In this document: positions 12,998 to 26,508 of the stretch, one piece after another
Layout of the letters: each line of letters starts with the position of its first letter
How positions within the stretch are numbered: the first letter of the stretch is position 1
Assembly (NCBI RefSeq): GCF_027921745.1
Contig: NC_079238.1
Span: forward strand, 1,488,001 to 1,552,000
DNA: 64,000 nucleotides
From: Schizosaccharomyces osmophilus
Taxonomy: Eukaryota
Direction: 5' to 3'
Program-made: the position numbers and the translations under genes
The notes under the pieces: generated by a model
Databases searched by the model: none
The model's input: only the letters and a program-made list of their open reading frames with translations
Told to the model about the DNA's origin: nothing

Positions 12998-13514
12998 CCA
13001 TTTGGAATCAGCTTAAAGTTTTAATATTTATTAATGTTAATGTTTGTAATAACCATGGAAAACTCATTATGGTATCAATCATCAGAATTGAATCAATCAA
13101 AGTTCCTTTATCAGTGTTTTAATTAGAAACAGTCAGTGATTAATTGCAAACAACAATGTGGAATAAATTTCGTTCTAAACGTAATTTCAGCAAAGCATAA
13201 TAAATACACGCAATTGCTCTTGATACTTAACGACTATGCAGTAAACATGTTTTATTAAATATAAAAAAAAGGTTATAAAATCGCTTTAAACGAAATAAAT
13301 ATGCCTCACGAGCCCATCATTAGTGTTCAAGTTTAAGTGCTAATCTCTTTGTCCAAAGCAATTACCTTGCAAGCATTTCGCCTTACACCATTTCACCTCT
13401 TTTTTCTGTTCATCACTTTTTTCTTTCTACTTTGTTTTTTTTTATAAAAAAAAAAGGCTAAGATATCTCTTAAAAACTCAAAAACTTATTTGCCCTCAAA
13501 GTAAATTTGCAAAT

Positions 13515-14315
13515 ATGTCTTCGTCAGCAAGTGAACAGCTTCTTCGGAAACAATTGAAAGTATGATATTGATTTATTTTATCAAAAAAATATTTCAGCCT
13601 TTGAAATGAAACTTATCTGGTTAACACTTGTTAGGAAATCCAAAAAAATCCTCCTCAAGGTTTCAGTGTGGGATTGGTAGATGATAAATCCATCTATGAA
13701 TGGGAAGTTATGATTATCGGCCCTGATGACACGCTTTATGAGGGCGGTTTCTTCCATGCAACTTTGACATTCCCTCAGGTATGTTGTTTAAAGTTGAGGA
13801 TCCGACTTGGTGACCCATTTGGAGAGCGTTTTCACTTTTCTAACTACTTTTGTAGGATTATCCTTTAATGCCACCAAAAATGAAGGTAAGTTCACTTGTC
13901 CGAATGATTACACTTATCGCATTCGCCATCGTTGAAAAACTGTAGAATTGGATACTAATTACTTATCTAGTTCACTACTGATATTTGGCATCCTAATGTA
14001 CACCCTGACGGTGAAGTCTGCATTTCCATTCTTCATCCTCCCGGTGATGATAAATTTGGCTATGAAGACGCAGGCGAGCGCTGGTTACCTGTTCATTCAC
14101 CTGAAACCATTTTGATCAGTGTAATTTCCATGCTCTCATCTCCAAACGACGAATCACCAGCTAATCTCGATGCAGCCAAGGAATTCCGCGAGAGTCGTAT
14201 GTAAATATGTTGAAAAACCCTGTAGCTTGGAAATTACGTACTAACTGCTTTTTTAGCTCAAGAATTCAAAAAACGAGTAAGACGCCTTGTTCGACGATCT
14301 ACCGAAATGATGTAA
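13515..14315 (+). CDS. ubc15: Ubiquitin-conjugating enzyme E2 (UBE2G1-like); 4 introns (13560-13634, 13779-13855, 13886-13970, 14197-14256)
   Basis: Spliced product [32 protein letters not shown]...[40 protein letters not shown] motif, active-site Cys and acidic loop. Confidence 0.93.
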
Positions 14316-15413
14316 AAATATGTACGAACAACCATAGAAAAATGAATCTTTTAGTTTTTATTATCCTAAATAAACGGGCGAAGAAATTCAATAGTCAGGT
14401 TAGCATTACCTTTGTTTGCTCCAAGCGCTTATGCAACTTTCGATTTGTTTTCAATATGTGTTCATTAATTCAGATGGCAGTAACTTCCTTTATGCGAAAG
14501 AACTTGGTTGTCTTGTGCCCATCATGATTTCCATTGTCCGGTAAAGAAATAACCAAGTAGGAAATGCCAACAGTCTAAAATCATACAGTCTTCATGCTTT
14601 ACTATTTAAGTGCTGCTTTTCTGCAATTTTGGATTTCAATTGATAACTGTCTCCCGCAATTAGTACAAACACAATTGACATGTTCTTTTGATGCCGCCAT
14701 TACGCCGGCTTTCTTTTCGAAAAAAATTGTATTGCTTTGCCAATTATACTTTAAGCATCACAAATTTTTCATATAGATATTCGTTGATTGTCAGTGTATT
14801 ATCTTTTACCGTCGACTTCGATATAAACATTCGTGTTGGAATCTTCATTCAAAAGAAAGTGGATATGAAATTTCCCATGTAGCAATTGTTGATGCTATTA
14901 CAATACGAATGCTTCGCAAAACTCCATTCTCTCATTTACTAAAGCAACGCACATTGACTTTCGTATATCATTGTCATATAGAGAAAAGTTTTTGGAAAGC
15001 ATTCATTCTTTTAATTCCTTATCCTTTATTCTTAGTAAGTGTAGCATAGCAATATATGTTTTCCTCGACTATGCTTGCTTGATTTCATTCTCCATAACCA
15101 CAGGATGGAGAAATGCTGAGGATTCGTAAATGCACATGAGGGCTCGCCTGTGCCATTCTTCCAAGACTAAATTTATAAAACTGGTAATAACAAAAGTACT
15201 GCACCGTTTCTACATTTCTTTCAAATTTGTCAATCCAACAGCTTCTTCTGTTTACCAAGTAACGCTGTTACCTTTTATTCTGTGATGAAATAAACGAGGA
15301 AAAACAACCATAAAAGGTGTATGCTTAAACAAACAAACACAACCCATTTACTCAATTCGTTCTTGTAAAAAACTTAGATCTTTGGGAGTTCATGATTTGA
15401 ATTCTTACGTAGA

Positions 15414-18400
15414 ATGCCCCTGGCTTTTGTTAATCCAGGCACTCCGTTAGAAGGCGCTTCTACCAAGGATTATGTTTACTGGAAGAAAAAGCGTGTTTTG
15501 GTATGTCTGAGATACTTATATTTCGTATCTTTTTTCAATGACTAGTCATTATTAATATGCTTCTAGTCTTTAGGCACAGCTTGCTCTATCGCCATTATTG
15601 TAAATAACTATGAGCATTACCAAAGTATACAACTCGATCAAAGTGTCTCTGCCATTGCGTTAAATCGTCGTGGTGCAGCCTTGGCAGTATCGTATTCGGA
15701 CTTCGTAACTGTGTACTTGCCAGATGAGCAATGGCATTGGGAACACTATCTTACATATAAGGTGTCTGGCAATAGTTGTATTCAGACTCTATCCTGGGGA
15801 TATAATTTAGACCTTTTAGTCTGTACAAACAAAAACTTATGCATCCTTGATTTTTCTGATGAGCAAGTCCGTGTACTGTGGTCCTTGGATTCAGCATCAG
15901 GCATCCCTTTTGTTGGATCAAGTCTATCGTCCGATGCTTGTTACATCGCATCTGTTGAAAAAAGCAATCCTTTGGCTAAAGTCTGGTTAAGATCATCTCC
16001 TCAAGGAACCGTAACGTCGTTATACGATTTTAGTTATCTTCCTCATCCAGTACCCATACGGTTTTACTCGTGGTCTAGACCATTACATCCAGATTCTAGC
16101 AGTTCTCTCCCTTTTTTTTACACAGTTGGTTTTGATCATGTTTTGCGCATATGGCAGACCGGTAGCCGATTTGGCTCGCAGCTCATGCATCTTTCATGTT
16201 GTTTAGATTTGAAGGAATATACTGATAAAAACTCAGCACCGTTTTGTTTTTTACTTGAAAGGGACGATTTTACAGCTGCTTTGGCTCATGCCATTAGTCG
16301 CTACTCGGGCAATTTGCCTGATGACCCTGTTCTTCCAAAGCTGGTAGGTCTGGCCAATTCACATCCACAATTGTTTTTCATTTTTTCTGATTCCAAAGTA
16401 CACATATTTTCTTTCCACATGGATGAAGATTGTCTTACGACTGCTAAACTTGTAAGGAGTGTTCCTGTCAGGTTTCCACGGAATGCTTTACCACCGGATG
16501 GATTTCTTACGGTGTATAGAACCATAAAAGAAGATGTATACGATTATAAATTTATAATTCGTTTTCAGGATTTCGCCAACGAGTATGCCTTTAAATTATC
16601 AGGTATATATTCAGATGAGGAGTTTGCGCTACATACCACTCAAATGTTCTATGGACATGACACTTCTATAAAAACACTGGTTAGAACATCAAATGGACAT
16701 GGAATTGCTTCTTGTGATAATCAACGCATTTGCATGCTACAATCGTACTTATCTAGTGATAGTCATAGGTCATTGGTGCGACGATCGAAACTCCGTTTAG
16801 AGGGAAATGACTTTGTTTTACCGTTACATGCCGGTGAATATGCAGTAACTGTTAATAACTCCACTATAAAACTTTGGCATTGCGATAACACGTTCGCTCC
16901 TGTATTACTTTGTTCCAGTAGCAAAGTCCCTACTAGTGAAATTATCACATTTTTTATTTTGCCTGTGCAAAAAAACCGTATTTCTGTGTTGTGTGCACTA
17001 ACAGAAGGTGGTCATGCTTGGTTTTATAATGTACTATTAGATAATCATGAAAGCTCAAAACTCGAGTTTCTAGATCGAGTAGGGTTTGCCCCTAATGTTC
17101 ACACTGCTTCCGCCGTTGATGTTATGGGGTGGTCCTCAACATTAAGCCTAAGCAGTTTAGAATCGTTCGAACGAGAAGTATTTGTATCAATATCTGATGA
17201 TGGGTTGCTTCAGACCTGGATGGCAAAAGTTTCAGGACCTTCGAATGCAACCATATCCGAGTTTTCTAGAGTACAAACGAACATCAAATCCGCAGACATG
17301 GTTAAGGGCTCCACTTCGAGAAAAGTAGCGGTGGTTTCAGAGAACCGGCTTCGCTTGTCTATTTTTGATACAGGGAGCTCTTTTTTTACCGCCAATCAAG
17401 AATTTACCAACACTTTTAATATTTATGGACCAATAATAGATTTAGATTGGACTTCGACCCCCAACTCTCATTCCATCCTTGCTATAGGTTTTCAGCATGA
17501 TGTTATCTTATTATGTCAAAACCGCCGATCTTATATTAGCGATGCTTCTTGTTGGGTACCTATTCGACGTTATAATTTGAGTATGTATACGGACATGCTT
17601 ATTAGTGATTCTTCCTGGCTAGATAATGGTACCTTGGTCACTGCCGCCGGAAATAATTTATTTTTTTTCAAAAGCAAGCTTCCTAATAATAAATCTCTAC
17701 TATTTCCTTCCGCCCTAAAACGAACAGCAAATAATATCTTTGATCTTGCTTACCAACTGAATGGTATTTTACCGGTATTTCACCCGCAATTTTTGCAGCA
17801 GCTCTTGCTCAGAAACGAAGAATACTTGGTTAGAAAAATTCTATTGCTGTTCTACATTTCTTTAAAAAATGATCACCCTATGCACTATTTGTTGAATATG
17901 GAGTGTTCAGAGTTATACGAACATGATGACGAAAAATTAATGAATTCATTCTATGAAGCCTTAATGAAATATGCCAATGAAGTTATAATTAAGACGGACT
18001 TTTCTGGTGAGAAGCCATCTGTTTCCGAAAATCCCACGGCCTATTTGGATGCATTTACTACAGACTTGTGTTACCTTTTGAAACACAAGAAAGTGAAAAC
18101 TTTAACACGGTCTTCACAATTTTATCTACTCAATGTGATCGAGGCGTGTTGTAAAGCTGATCAACTTCGAGATTCATTGGATTTGAATGGTAGAAGATTT
18201 TGTATTATGCTGAACCAATATATTTTAAACAAGTATCAACGGCGATCGAATCGGTTTCCTACCCGTGATGTTTTGTGGGCATTTTACAGTACTAATAAAA
18301 GTGTGTTGCTTGACTACACGGTAAAAGCTCATGGGAAGACCCTGCTATGGCCGGCCGTAGAGGAATACGGATTACCTTTTTGGCTAAATCAACAAGCATT

Positions 18401-19361
18401 AAAAAACGTCTTTGAGGAATTGTCTAGAAACCACTATGTTGATAACGACGATCGGGATCCTGAGAAAGTTAGTTTATACCATATAGCACTTGGCAAGCTA
18501 TCAGTTTTACGAAAACTTTGGAGCTTGGCTGGCTGGAGTAAAGAATCGAGACCTACGGTGAAATTCCTCTCAAATGATTTCACACAGAACCGATGGAAGA
18601 TTGCAGCATCCAAGAATGCATTTGCGCTTTTGAGTAAGCATCGCTACTTTTATGCAGCCGCATTCTTTCTTCTGGCAGACAGTCCGTATGATGCAGCTAA
18701 AGTTTGCATTCGCAATTTGCATAGTTTATCACTAGCTGTGGCTGTGGTGCGAACGTATGAAGGGAATGGGAAAAGCTGTTTAAAAAGAATTATCGAAGAG
18801 TTTGTATTGCCCTCAGCAGCATATTACAATGATCGTTGGCTTGCAAATTGGGGTTTCGCGATGTTAAATGACAAACTGAAATCAATCAAAAGTCTGCTTG
18901 TTCCACTACGATCGCTCATTGAAGTTGACAACGATTTGATAGAGTCCTTTGAGATGGACAACCATGTAGGTGAGACGCACGGAGGGACAGAGATCGCAGA
19001 AGAGAGTCATGGAAAAGCCAAGAATGAGTATACGTCGGATGATCCTGCATTAATTCTACTGTACGACTTTCTGCGAGGCGACGTACTGCAAAGGGACCAA
19101 ATGCTCGAATATCGATTTGTCCTCAATAGCGCTCGTGTCTATAATGAAATGGGATGCGACGTAATTGCTCTTGACTTGCTACGCAATTGGAAATTTGAAT
19201 TTCCTTCAAGTCTTCCTAGTAGGGAGCCAATCGAGGAAGAAGCTACGAGCAAAGAAGAACCTGAAGCAATAGCCACAGAAAACAAGACTACAATAATGGG
19301 CCAAGAGCTTAAACCAGCGCCGGCAGAAGTACCAGAATTTGATGAATCATTTTTCTTTTAA
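15414..19361 (+). CDS. rav1: RAVE complex subunit Rav1 (WD repeats plus Rav1p_C); intron 15501-15566
   Basis: 29-codon first exon MPLAFVNPGTP... splices in frame to the 15681 ORF; Rav1 C-domain motif FLSNDFTQNRWKIAASKNAFALLSKHRYFYAAAFFLL. Confidence 0.94.
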
Positions 19362-19774
19362 TAATGAAATACTGCATTTTTCGAGCTTTTGCAATTTTAA
19401 GAGATTTTACAGTAGATTACGATTTGACTATCAACTGCCTACAAGAAAACTTCATAAAACAAAGGACTACAACAAGAAAACATTGCGCGCAAAAAAATAA
19501 CATTACTAAAGGTAGTAGTAGTCAAAAGTACCATCTAAGTAGAAAAAAGCAAAGAACATATTCAACCATAGAAAAGTTATAAGAGATGTCCCGAGAACCC
19601 GCCCGGGCTCATCCAACAAAACTACGGAATGAAAAAAAAAAAATCAATTAATAAACAAGAATGACAATGCGAAAAAGAACACGGATAAAAGGAACACTCA
19701 TCCAAAAGACTCATACGAATTCATACATAGCATAAATTAACGTTTAGAGAGACAAAATGCAATCGTCTTTATGA

Positions 19775-20203
<429 letters not shown>

Positions 20204-20277
20204 TTAGTATGAGGTAGAATTTAACTTGGGTGTTGGCAGATGGATCCTTATATACGGAGAGTGAATCCCAAAATTTA

Positions 20278-20295
20278 ATCAACAACCCGAACCCT
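20278..20295 (+). promoter_or_regulatory. AACCCT-box (Ams2/Teb1 histone promoter element), variant
   Basis: ATCAACAACCCGAACCCT in the divergent H3-H4 promoter, with TATA elements at about 20248 and 20341. Confidence 0.8.
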
Positions 20296-20438
20296 GTTAT
20301 AAGATTTGACGTAAATGAATTGATGGCGATTGTCGCATCGTATATATAGAGGACTGGAACCCAACTTTATCGACTAAGGATTTCGACTAGCGAAATATAA
20401 CACCACACCAGAATTCTCATTAAATAAATTATCACTAA

Positions 20439-20753
<315 letters not shown>

Positions 20754-22065
20754 ACACAGTGTGCTGTATGGCTACGTATGTGGTTGATCGTATTAAACGG
20801 ATTGGATTTCCCGAAACATATCATTTGGATTGTAAGGATTGTAAGAGAAGGTTTCGTCGTCTGCTAGCTAGGAACAGCTATATGGATCTTGACCTTGATC
20901 ATCATCGCTGATCATTAGAAATATACTAGCTCTCTTGTAGGACCGAAATCATTTCTTTGGAGCCATTTAAAGATGCGCGTGAAAATGTATGGCCAAGAGG
21001 AGAGCAAGCTAGAATCGGTCGATCGCCTTGCAGAGGTTTCTCTTCCAACATTCTTTTGATATGGATCCTTCTTTGTATGTTTGTTTTTTTAATGACGTTT
21101 GCATGCTTTTGTTTTCTCATTGCATCATTGTATAGTATTTGCTAGGAGCCTGCCTGGTTAATTGATGGATTTACTGTGTATGGGAAGTGGAAGAGGGTGT
21201 AGAAGAGTAGTAGAAGCGTAAAAAGGTAGAATCATGTAGAAAATAAGACGTGCGAACAATTCTGAATTTTAATTTTACTTTTATTTCTTGTAATAGCATT
21301 TTTGTAATAGCAAAACAAAGCAACATTTTGAACAATCAAGAAGAATTCGTTGTTTCCCTTTGGGTAACATAGGTCATCGCGGTTACCTAGGTCCCATATG
21401 GGTTCCAGTTCCCACAACCTCACAACCTTACAACCTTTACCTTTTCACTTTTCTTCTCTCTTCCTCTTCAACAACTTTTCCACAGCGACAAATAACAGAC
21501 CTTTACAAACGTTCGAGTTACAAATGCTTACATAAATAGACGGTATAATCTCCAACGAACGTACGACGATGGATTGACACCATACTTACATGTGATGAAA
21601 TACCACCTGAATTCAACATCGTCCGTCGCACATCTTTATTTCTCTCAGGATCGACTCACGATGCACCACTCCATGACTAACATGGCCCAGCATGGCATTT
21701 TCCTTAGCCAACGTTATTAAAACATAGCATAGCGTTCTGTTGACATATTTGTTTGTTTTCCTATAGGATACAGAGGCCTTGCGAGATTTTGCGAAGTTTT
21801 GCGCACTTCATTTAAAAATGTTATTTACTCCTTTCTCTCGGTACTGATTTGTGGAGAATCAGCGGTTTTTCGCATTCTGACATACGATTGGGATTCGCTT
21901 AACATGGGCACCTCTAGGAAATTAAATATCCAATGATATCAGTTTCTGACGTGTCATCTATCTCATGTTCGCAGCTTCTCTCTATCATAGGTCGAATTCC
22001 CTTGGAAAACGTCACTTGCTATGGTTTGTTGTTTCGATGACTTCGGCTTTCTAGATCCTTTTCTG

Positions 22066-22087
22066 TGACGTCACCACTGTATATATA
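22066..22087 (+). promoter_or_regulatory. CRE (TGACGTCA) plus TATA upstream of rsv2
   Basis: Perfect TGACGTCA at 22066-22073 and TATATATA at 22080-22087; further TGACGT/ACGTCA cores near 21947 and 22009. Confidence 0.65.
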
Positions 22088-22117
22088 CAGCTGGGAGGCT
22101 GTAGTTTGAAAGTTTTC

Positions 22118-24079
22118 ATGGACACCACAGAAAAATTACAGTCAAGAGCGCCATCAAAAAACACAAAGAATGAACCATATGGTTCGAACTGGAGATTTCA
22201 GGAACACCAATTGCCTTCTAATTCCCCTTTAAAGAACAATAAACAGATCATACCAAGCGTGTTTCCTAATGTCTTCTCAGATACCGATTTTGACCAAATC
22301 TCAAACAACGAAATGGATTTGAAGCGATTGGAACCAAATGCAAAGGAATCCATGGACCCTTCGGGTTATCCCGACATGTCCTCTTGGGATTATATGATGA
22401 ATGTCCCCATCCGCGTCTACAATGAGGCCGAAGGCATAGACCCCTTTACCCTCGACAACATTCAAGACTCTACCATGGACATGTCCCTAGATCCAATGTC
22501 TGCCGAATATGCTCAGGGCGGAAATTTTGCCAGTGCGCCCTCATCCTTGGGAAGCAATCCCGCCTTTGTCACCACCCCGTCCAATGGATCAAACGAAAAC
22601 AATTCCCTTCCCACTAGCAATGACCTCGACGTGCCCTTGTCCCCTCCGGCAAACGCCGATTACAATGCAGCAGCAACGCAAAACATGGTCCCTCCTCCGC
22701 TAACTCCTTCCCTTCCTGCCGTCAACGATTCCTCTTTTTCCAACAACCAGATACAACTCCCGAGCCAAGTGATGCCCGATGGGACTGGCTCAATTCCCGA
22801 TGTCGATGGGAATCCATTTGATATGGATCCCCCTTCTCTAGAAACTGGCTTGCTTTCCCCCCCTCAAATGGCAAAAGGATTTTCGAAAAAGGATCCGGCC
22901 ATGCAACATCATCATCACCACCAACAACAGAGGCAGCAGCCGCAACAGCAACAACAAAAACCTGCTCCTCCTGCTCCCGCCATGTCATCCTCACCCATTG
23001 CACCAAAACAAGAGCAAGCTGCTGTCCCTTCTCTTCTTTCATCCACCACCGGCAAGGATTCATCGATGATGCCAGTCAAGCAAGAAGAATTCGGCTTGTC
23101 TCCCCAAAAATATCCTGGTCAAGCTCCTGCTCCGCCGAATTTGTCTCAAGCTTTTCAAATGTATACCATGAATCAGAACCCTCCCAAACAGCCAAGCATG
23201 TCGCTGAATGGCGACGCCATCCTAGATTACAATGCGTACCCCGTAACTGACACTTCTTTGGATTATCCCACCGTTCAGCGGTCACAGGCATTGGCTCAAG
23301 CTGCAGACTCCTTATTACCATCCAATCCCTCCGCCAATGCAGATTATGGCTCAGAAGCTCTGGATGGCGTCTCCGACATGCTTCCTTCTCAAATACAAGA
23401 CCCTACCCAATTCCCTCCTGAATCCCTTCCATCCCATTCCAATCGTACCTATCCTATTCCCATCAATAATCCCTATCGCCCGAAGCGCCCCTCCCTGGTC
23501 CTCGGTTCCATGAATTCCCTTTCTCCTACTCAACCGCCTGTTGTCGTTCCTTCCAATACTACACTCAGCCCATCCCCTACATCTACTTCTCCCACGAAGA
23601 ATTCCTTCGCGAATGGTGGATTCGCTCCATTTGATGCTACAAAACCGCAAGTTTCTGCACAAGGGTCTGTGGTCGAGCCTCCTCCAGCTCCACCTTTATC
23701 AAGTATGTCTCCTACTGAAAAGAAGGAAGATCATCCAATGGCAGCAGCTGCTAGTGTTGTTGCTCCTGGAGAGAAAGAATCCATTCCAGTTGACACTACC
23801 CCAACCCCAAGTGTAACTACTTCCGCTGGAACACAACGGAAGCGGAGAAAATTCAAATTTGGCAAACAGGCAGGCCCAGTGCGGTGCACATTGCCAAATC
23901 GTACTACAGGTGAAACCTGTAATACTGTGTTTTCACGAACGTATGATTTAATACGTCATCAAGATACAATTCATGCGAAAACTCGACCTGTTTTCCGTTG
24001 TGAAGTGTGTGGAGACCAGAGACATTTCAGTCGCCATGATGCCCTTGTTCGACATTTACGTGTGAAGCATGGTAGGTAA
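22118..24079 (+). CDS. rsv2: C2H2 zinc-finger transcription factor Rsv2
   Basis: Long Pro/Ser/Gln-rich region, then two C-terminal C2H2 fingers (CNTVFSRTYDLIRHQDTIH; CEVC...FSRHDALVRHLRVKH); syntenic position. First ATG is 22118. Confidence 0.9.
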   Translation: MDTTEKLQSRAPSKNTKNEPYGSNWRFQEHQLPSNSPLKNNKQIIPSVFPNVFSDTDFDQISNNEMDLKRLEPNAKESMDPSGYPDMSSWDYMMNVPIRVYNEAEGIDPFTLDNIQDSTMDMSLDPMSAEYAQGGNFASAPSSLGSNPAFVTTPSNGSNENNSLPTSNDLDVPLSPPANADYNAAATQNMVPPPLTPSLPAVNDSSFSNNQIQLPSQVMPDGTGSIPDVDGNPFDMDPPSLETGLLSPPQMAKGFSKKDPAMQHHHHHQQQRQQPQQQQQKPAPPAPAMSSSPIAPKQEQAAVPSLLSSTTGKDSSMMPVKQEEFGLSPQKYPGQAPAPPNLSQAFQMYTMNQNPPKQPSMSLNGDAILDYNAYPVTDTSLDYPTVQRSQALAQAADSLLPSNPSANADYGSEALDGVSDMLPSQIQDPTQFPPESLPSHSNRTYPIPINNPYRPKRPSLVLGSMNSLSPTQPPVVVPSNTTLSPSPTSTSPTKNSFANGGFAPFDATKPQVSAQGSVVEPPPAPPLSSMSPTEKKEDHPMAAAASVVAPGEKESIPVDTTPTPSVTTSAGTQRKRRKFKFGKQAGPVRCTLPNRTTGETCNTVFSRTYDLIRHQDTIHAKTRPVFRCEVCGDQRHFSRHDALVRHLRVKHGR

Positions 24080-24553
24080 AAAACGCATACAGCAAGTCGC
24101 GGTTAAAAGTTTAAAAAAAATGATACAGCTGTATCGATTTGAGGGAACTTTTTATTTATTTTTCTTACGGCAATTTATGAGAAAATCTTAATTTTTTGTT
24201 GACTAGATGTTGAATATGTCTACAAGGGATGAGGTTTTCGGTTTATACCTTTTTTTCGTTATGTATATTTAATAATTTTCTTTGTTCTATTTCTTGGACT
24301 TCATCTTTTGTTGTTCTTTATGTCGTTAGTTGTTTTACAATGCTCTGAAACCAAACCCCATTGGATTTAACTTATTAATTCGTTGGTTTGTTAAAATAAT
24401 ATTAAAATAGTGTATTGAACATGGTCCTTTTAGGCTAATCAATTCCTTGAAACAAAAATTGGAAAATCTTTTTGTCGTTGTTGCCAAAGTTGTTTGGCAG
24501 CGTGTATGTTCTTTCTTGTAGCTGTGGATTGTAAAGGAATAAGAGATGCTTGA

Positions 24554-25441
24554 CTATGCCGATTCAAATACAAATCTTCCTTTTGCTAGTAAAGTAGCAT
24601 GAACTGTAGAATCGCTTTCTAGCCAAACAGTCGCTGTATCGTTTGTACACACACGGATTGGGGTACCAACGAATACAGGGGCCAAAAGACGATAATCAAA
24701 TTGACGAATTCTTTTACTTAGCCGTGGATATGAAAATCGAAAGAAATTCGCCATGGATGTTATAAGCAATGGACCTGGAACGATAAGGTTTGGATACTTT
24801 TCCACAGACGTTGTATATGAGTTATTCCAATGAATGAAATGAGCATTAAACATCAAAGCCGAATATCGGAATACCATGATTTCGGTAGGAGTAAATAACC
24901 AAGACTTCGTCGAAGAAGATTTACTGGTAATCCTATTATCATCTGCTAGATAATCCTTATTTGTATAATACAAGGTGCGGTCTTCTTCTAAACATAAATT
25001 CTGCTGCTGATCGTAAATCTTTCTTTCAATGAGAACCTGGGCAGGAAGTGTATTACATTTTGATTCGCATTTTTCCGCCATAGACATGGGTTTTGTCTTT
25101 TGGCCTACCGGTTTTGTGTGCACGGCCTCATGACATTCAGCTTCCTGAAATAATCGCAGCGGTGTATGGAACTTCAAAACCCCATGCAGCCAAAGACGAT
25201 GCTTATGCGACAAATGCTGTCCGTAGGGAGCATAAACAGTCTCGTAACCGTCTGGATCTAGATTGGTTTCTGAGGAAGCGCTATTTAGGTACACAAAATG
25301 TTGAGCTGGCTGAACAATTGATGGCTTTTGCAAAGCAAAATTAGGTTCAGGTTCTGGGACACTTCCTTGAAACAGGGCCTGTAATTTACAAAGAGGGCTT
25401 GGAGAAAGAAAATCTTTCAGTACAACTCTTCGGGCGACCAT
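24554..25441 (-). CDS. htd2: Mitochondrial 3-hydroxyacyl-ACP dehydratase Htd2 (hot-dog fold)
   Basis: FRYSALMFNAHFIHW...YPNLIVPGPL and FDYRLLAPVFVG hydratase-2-like motifs. Confidence 0.9.
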   Translation of the reverse strand: MVARRVVLKDFLSPSPLCKLQALFQGSVPEPEPNFALQKPSIVQPAQHFVYLNSASSETNLDPDGYETVYAPYGQHLSHKHRLWLHGVLKFHTPLRLFQEAECHEAVHTKPVGQKTKPMSMAEKCESKCNTLPAQVLIERKIYDQQQNLCLEEDRTLYYTNKDYLADDNRITSKSSSTKSWLFTPTEIMVFRYSALMFNAHFIHWNNSYTTSVEKYPNLIVPGPLLITSMANFFRFSYPRLSKRIRQFDYRLLAPVFVGTPIRVCTNDTATVWLESDSTVHATLLAKGRFVFESA

Positions 25442-26060
25442 AGAAACGTTTATGTAGATTGGAAGACAATCGAGTTACGAGATTCAGCGTAAATTGCAGA
25501 ACAGTAAGAGCTTTGTATCGTAAAATTGGAATTCTCTGTCGAATGGAACACTTCAAAACAAAAAAAAAAAAAAAAAACGAAATAACTAGTTAGCCTAGAT
25601 GGCTTTTGTCATTCTACTTTGTTTGCATTTCAATTTCAAAAGGTTTTCCAAACGCAAAATCAACTTTTCCAAGACTAGAGTCTATCTTGGTGGGTAAAGG
25701 TGTCTTCATGAATCAAACACACCACAGGTGTTATGGAGGGAGAAAGGCTAAAGTCGACCGAGCAACAGTTTATGATGCCATACTTCTCTACATTCTTGTG
25801 CTATTTTTATTAGCTGCAAGGTGGACTTGCCAACGCACAAACTTGCTGCTAAGCTCAGGTCTTCTTCCTGCCAGAGGATGAGAAAATTCGTCGAGTTTGT
25901 CTTAGATTCTTCAATTCCCTTCAGTGGAATGAATCACTGTTTAAGAGGATTATTTACTAAGGCGGATTCTATCCCTTGCACTAAACTCCATTATTAGCAA
26001 ATACAGCGAATGCTCAGCTTCATTAAATCACTGATTGAAGAAAAGGAGTTTACATCTACC

Positions 26061-26409
26061 ATGAATTATTTAGAGGGTAAAATCGATTTTCATGGACAAA
26101 TTCGTTGTTCAAAATACATGAATTATGGGATCTTAACATCTGGTGTATGGCTCAAGGATGCGTCTTGGTGAAGTTATTAACAATGTGTGAATTATAGGTT
26201 GCAGCGTACATAGCAGGATGGTTGGCTCATGACTCGTTCTTGAGCATCAAGGTGTTTTTAATTTTGAGCATTATTGCTGGAATTGTACGTATTGAATAAG
26301 GATGAGAAAAGCGTGATACTCTGCTAACACAACGCTCGTTTAGATTTGCATTCCTGCATGGCCCATGTACAATCGAAAGCCCCTGCAGTTTCAAAAGACT
26401 AAAAATTGA
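26061..26409 (+). CDS. spc1: Signal peptidase complex subunit Spc1/SPC12, 78 aa; exons 26061-26144, 26198-26284, 26344-26409
   Basis: Spliced: MNYLEGKIDFHGQIRCSKYMNYGILTSG|VAAYIAGWLAHDSFLSIKVFLILSIIAGI|ICIPAWPMYNRKPLQFQKTKN. IDFxGQ and PxWPxYNxxPL are SPC12 motifs; both introns are phase 0 with branch sites. Not in the ORF track. The symbol refers to the signal peptidase gene (new19), not the MAPK sty1/spc1. Confidence 0.93.
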
Positions 26410-26508
26410 TTTGATTACCTTTACAAAACGAAGGAACCCAACGGATGTTGGTCTTCATCGTACTACAATCATGATTCTTATTTCATTGGGCCCAATTGCT
26501 GGATTTCT

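Noticed and set aside
20926..21423. Short ORFs downstream of H4
   Set aside because: About 60 aa, no motifs or codon bias; cannot be supported as genes.
25606..26000. 91-aa ORF and other open stretches between htd2 and spc1
   Set aside because: No coherent start or splice model and no recognisable family in any frame.
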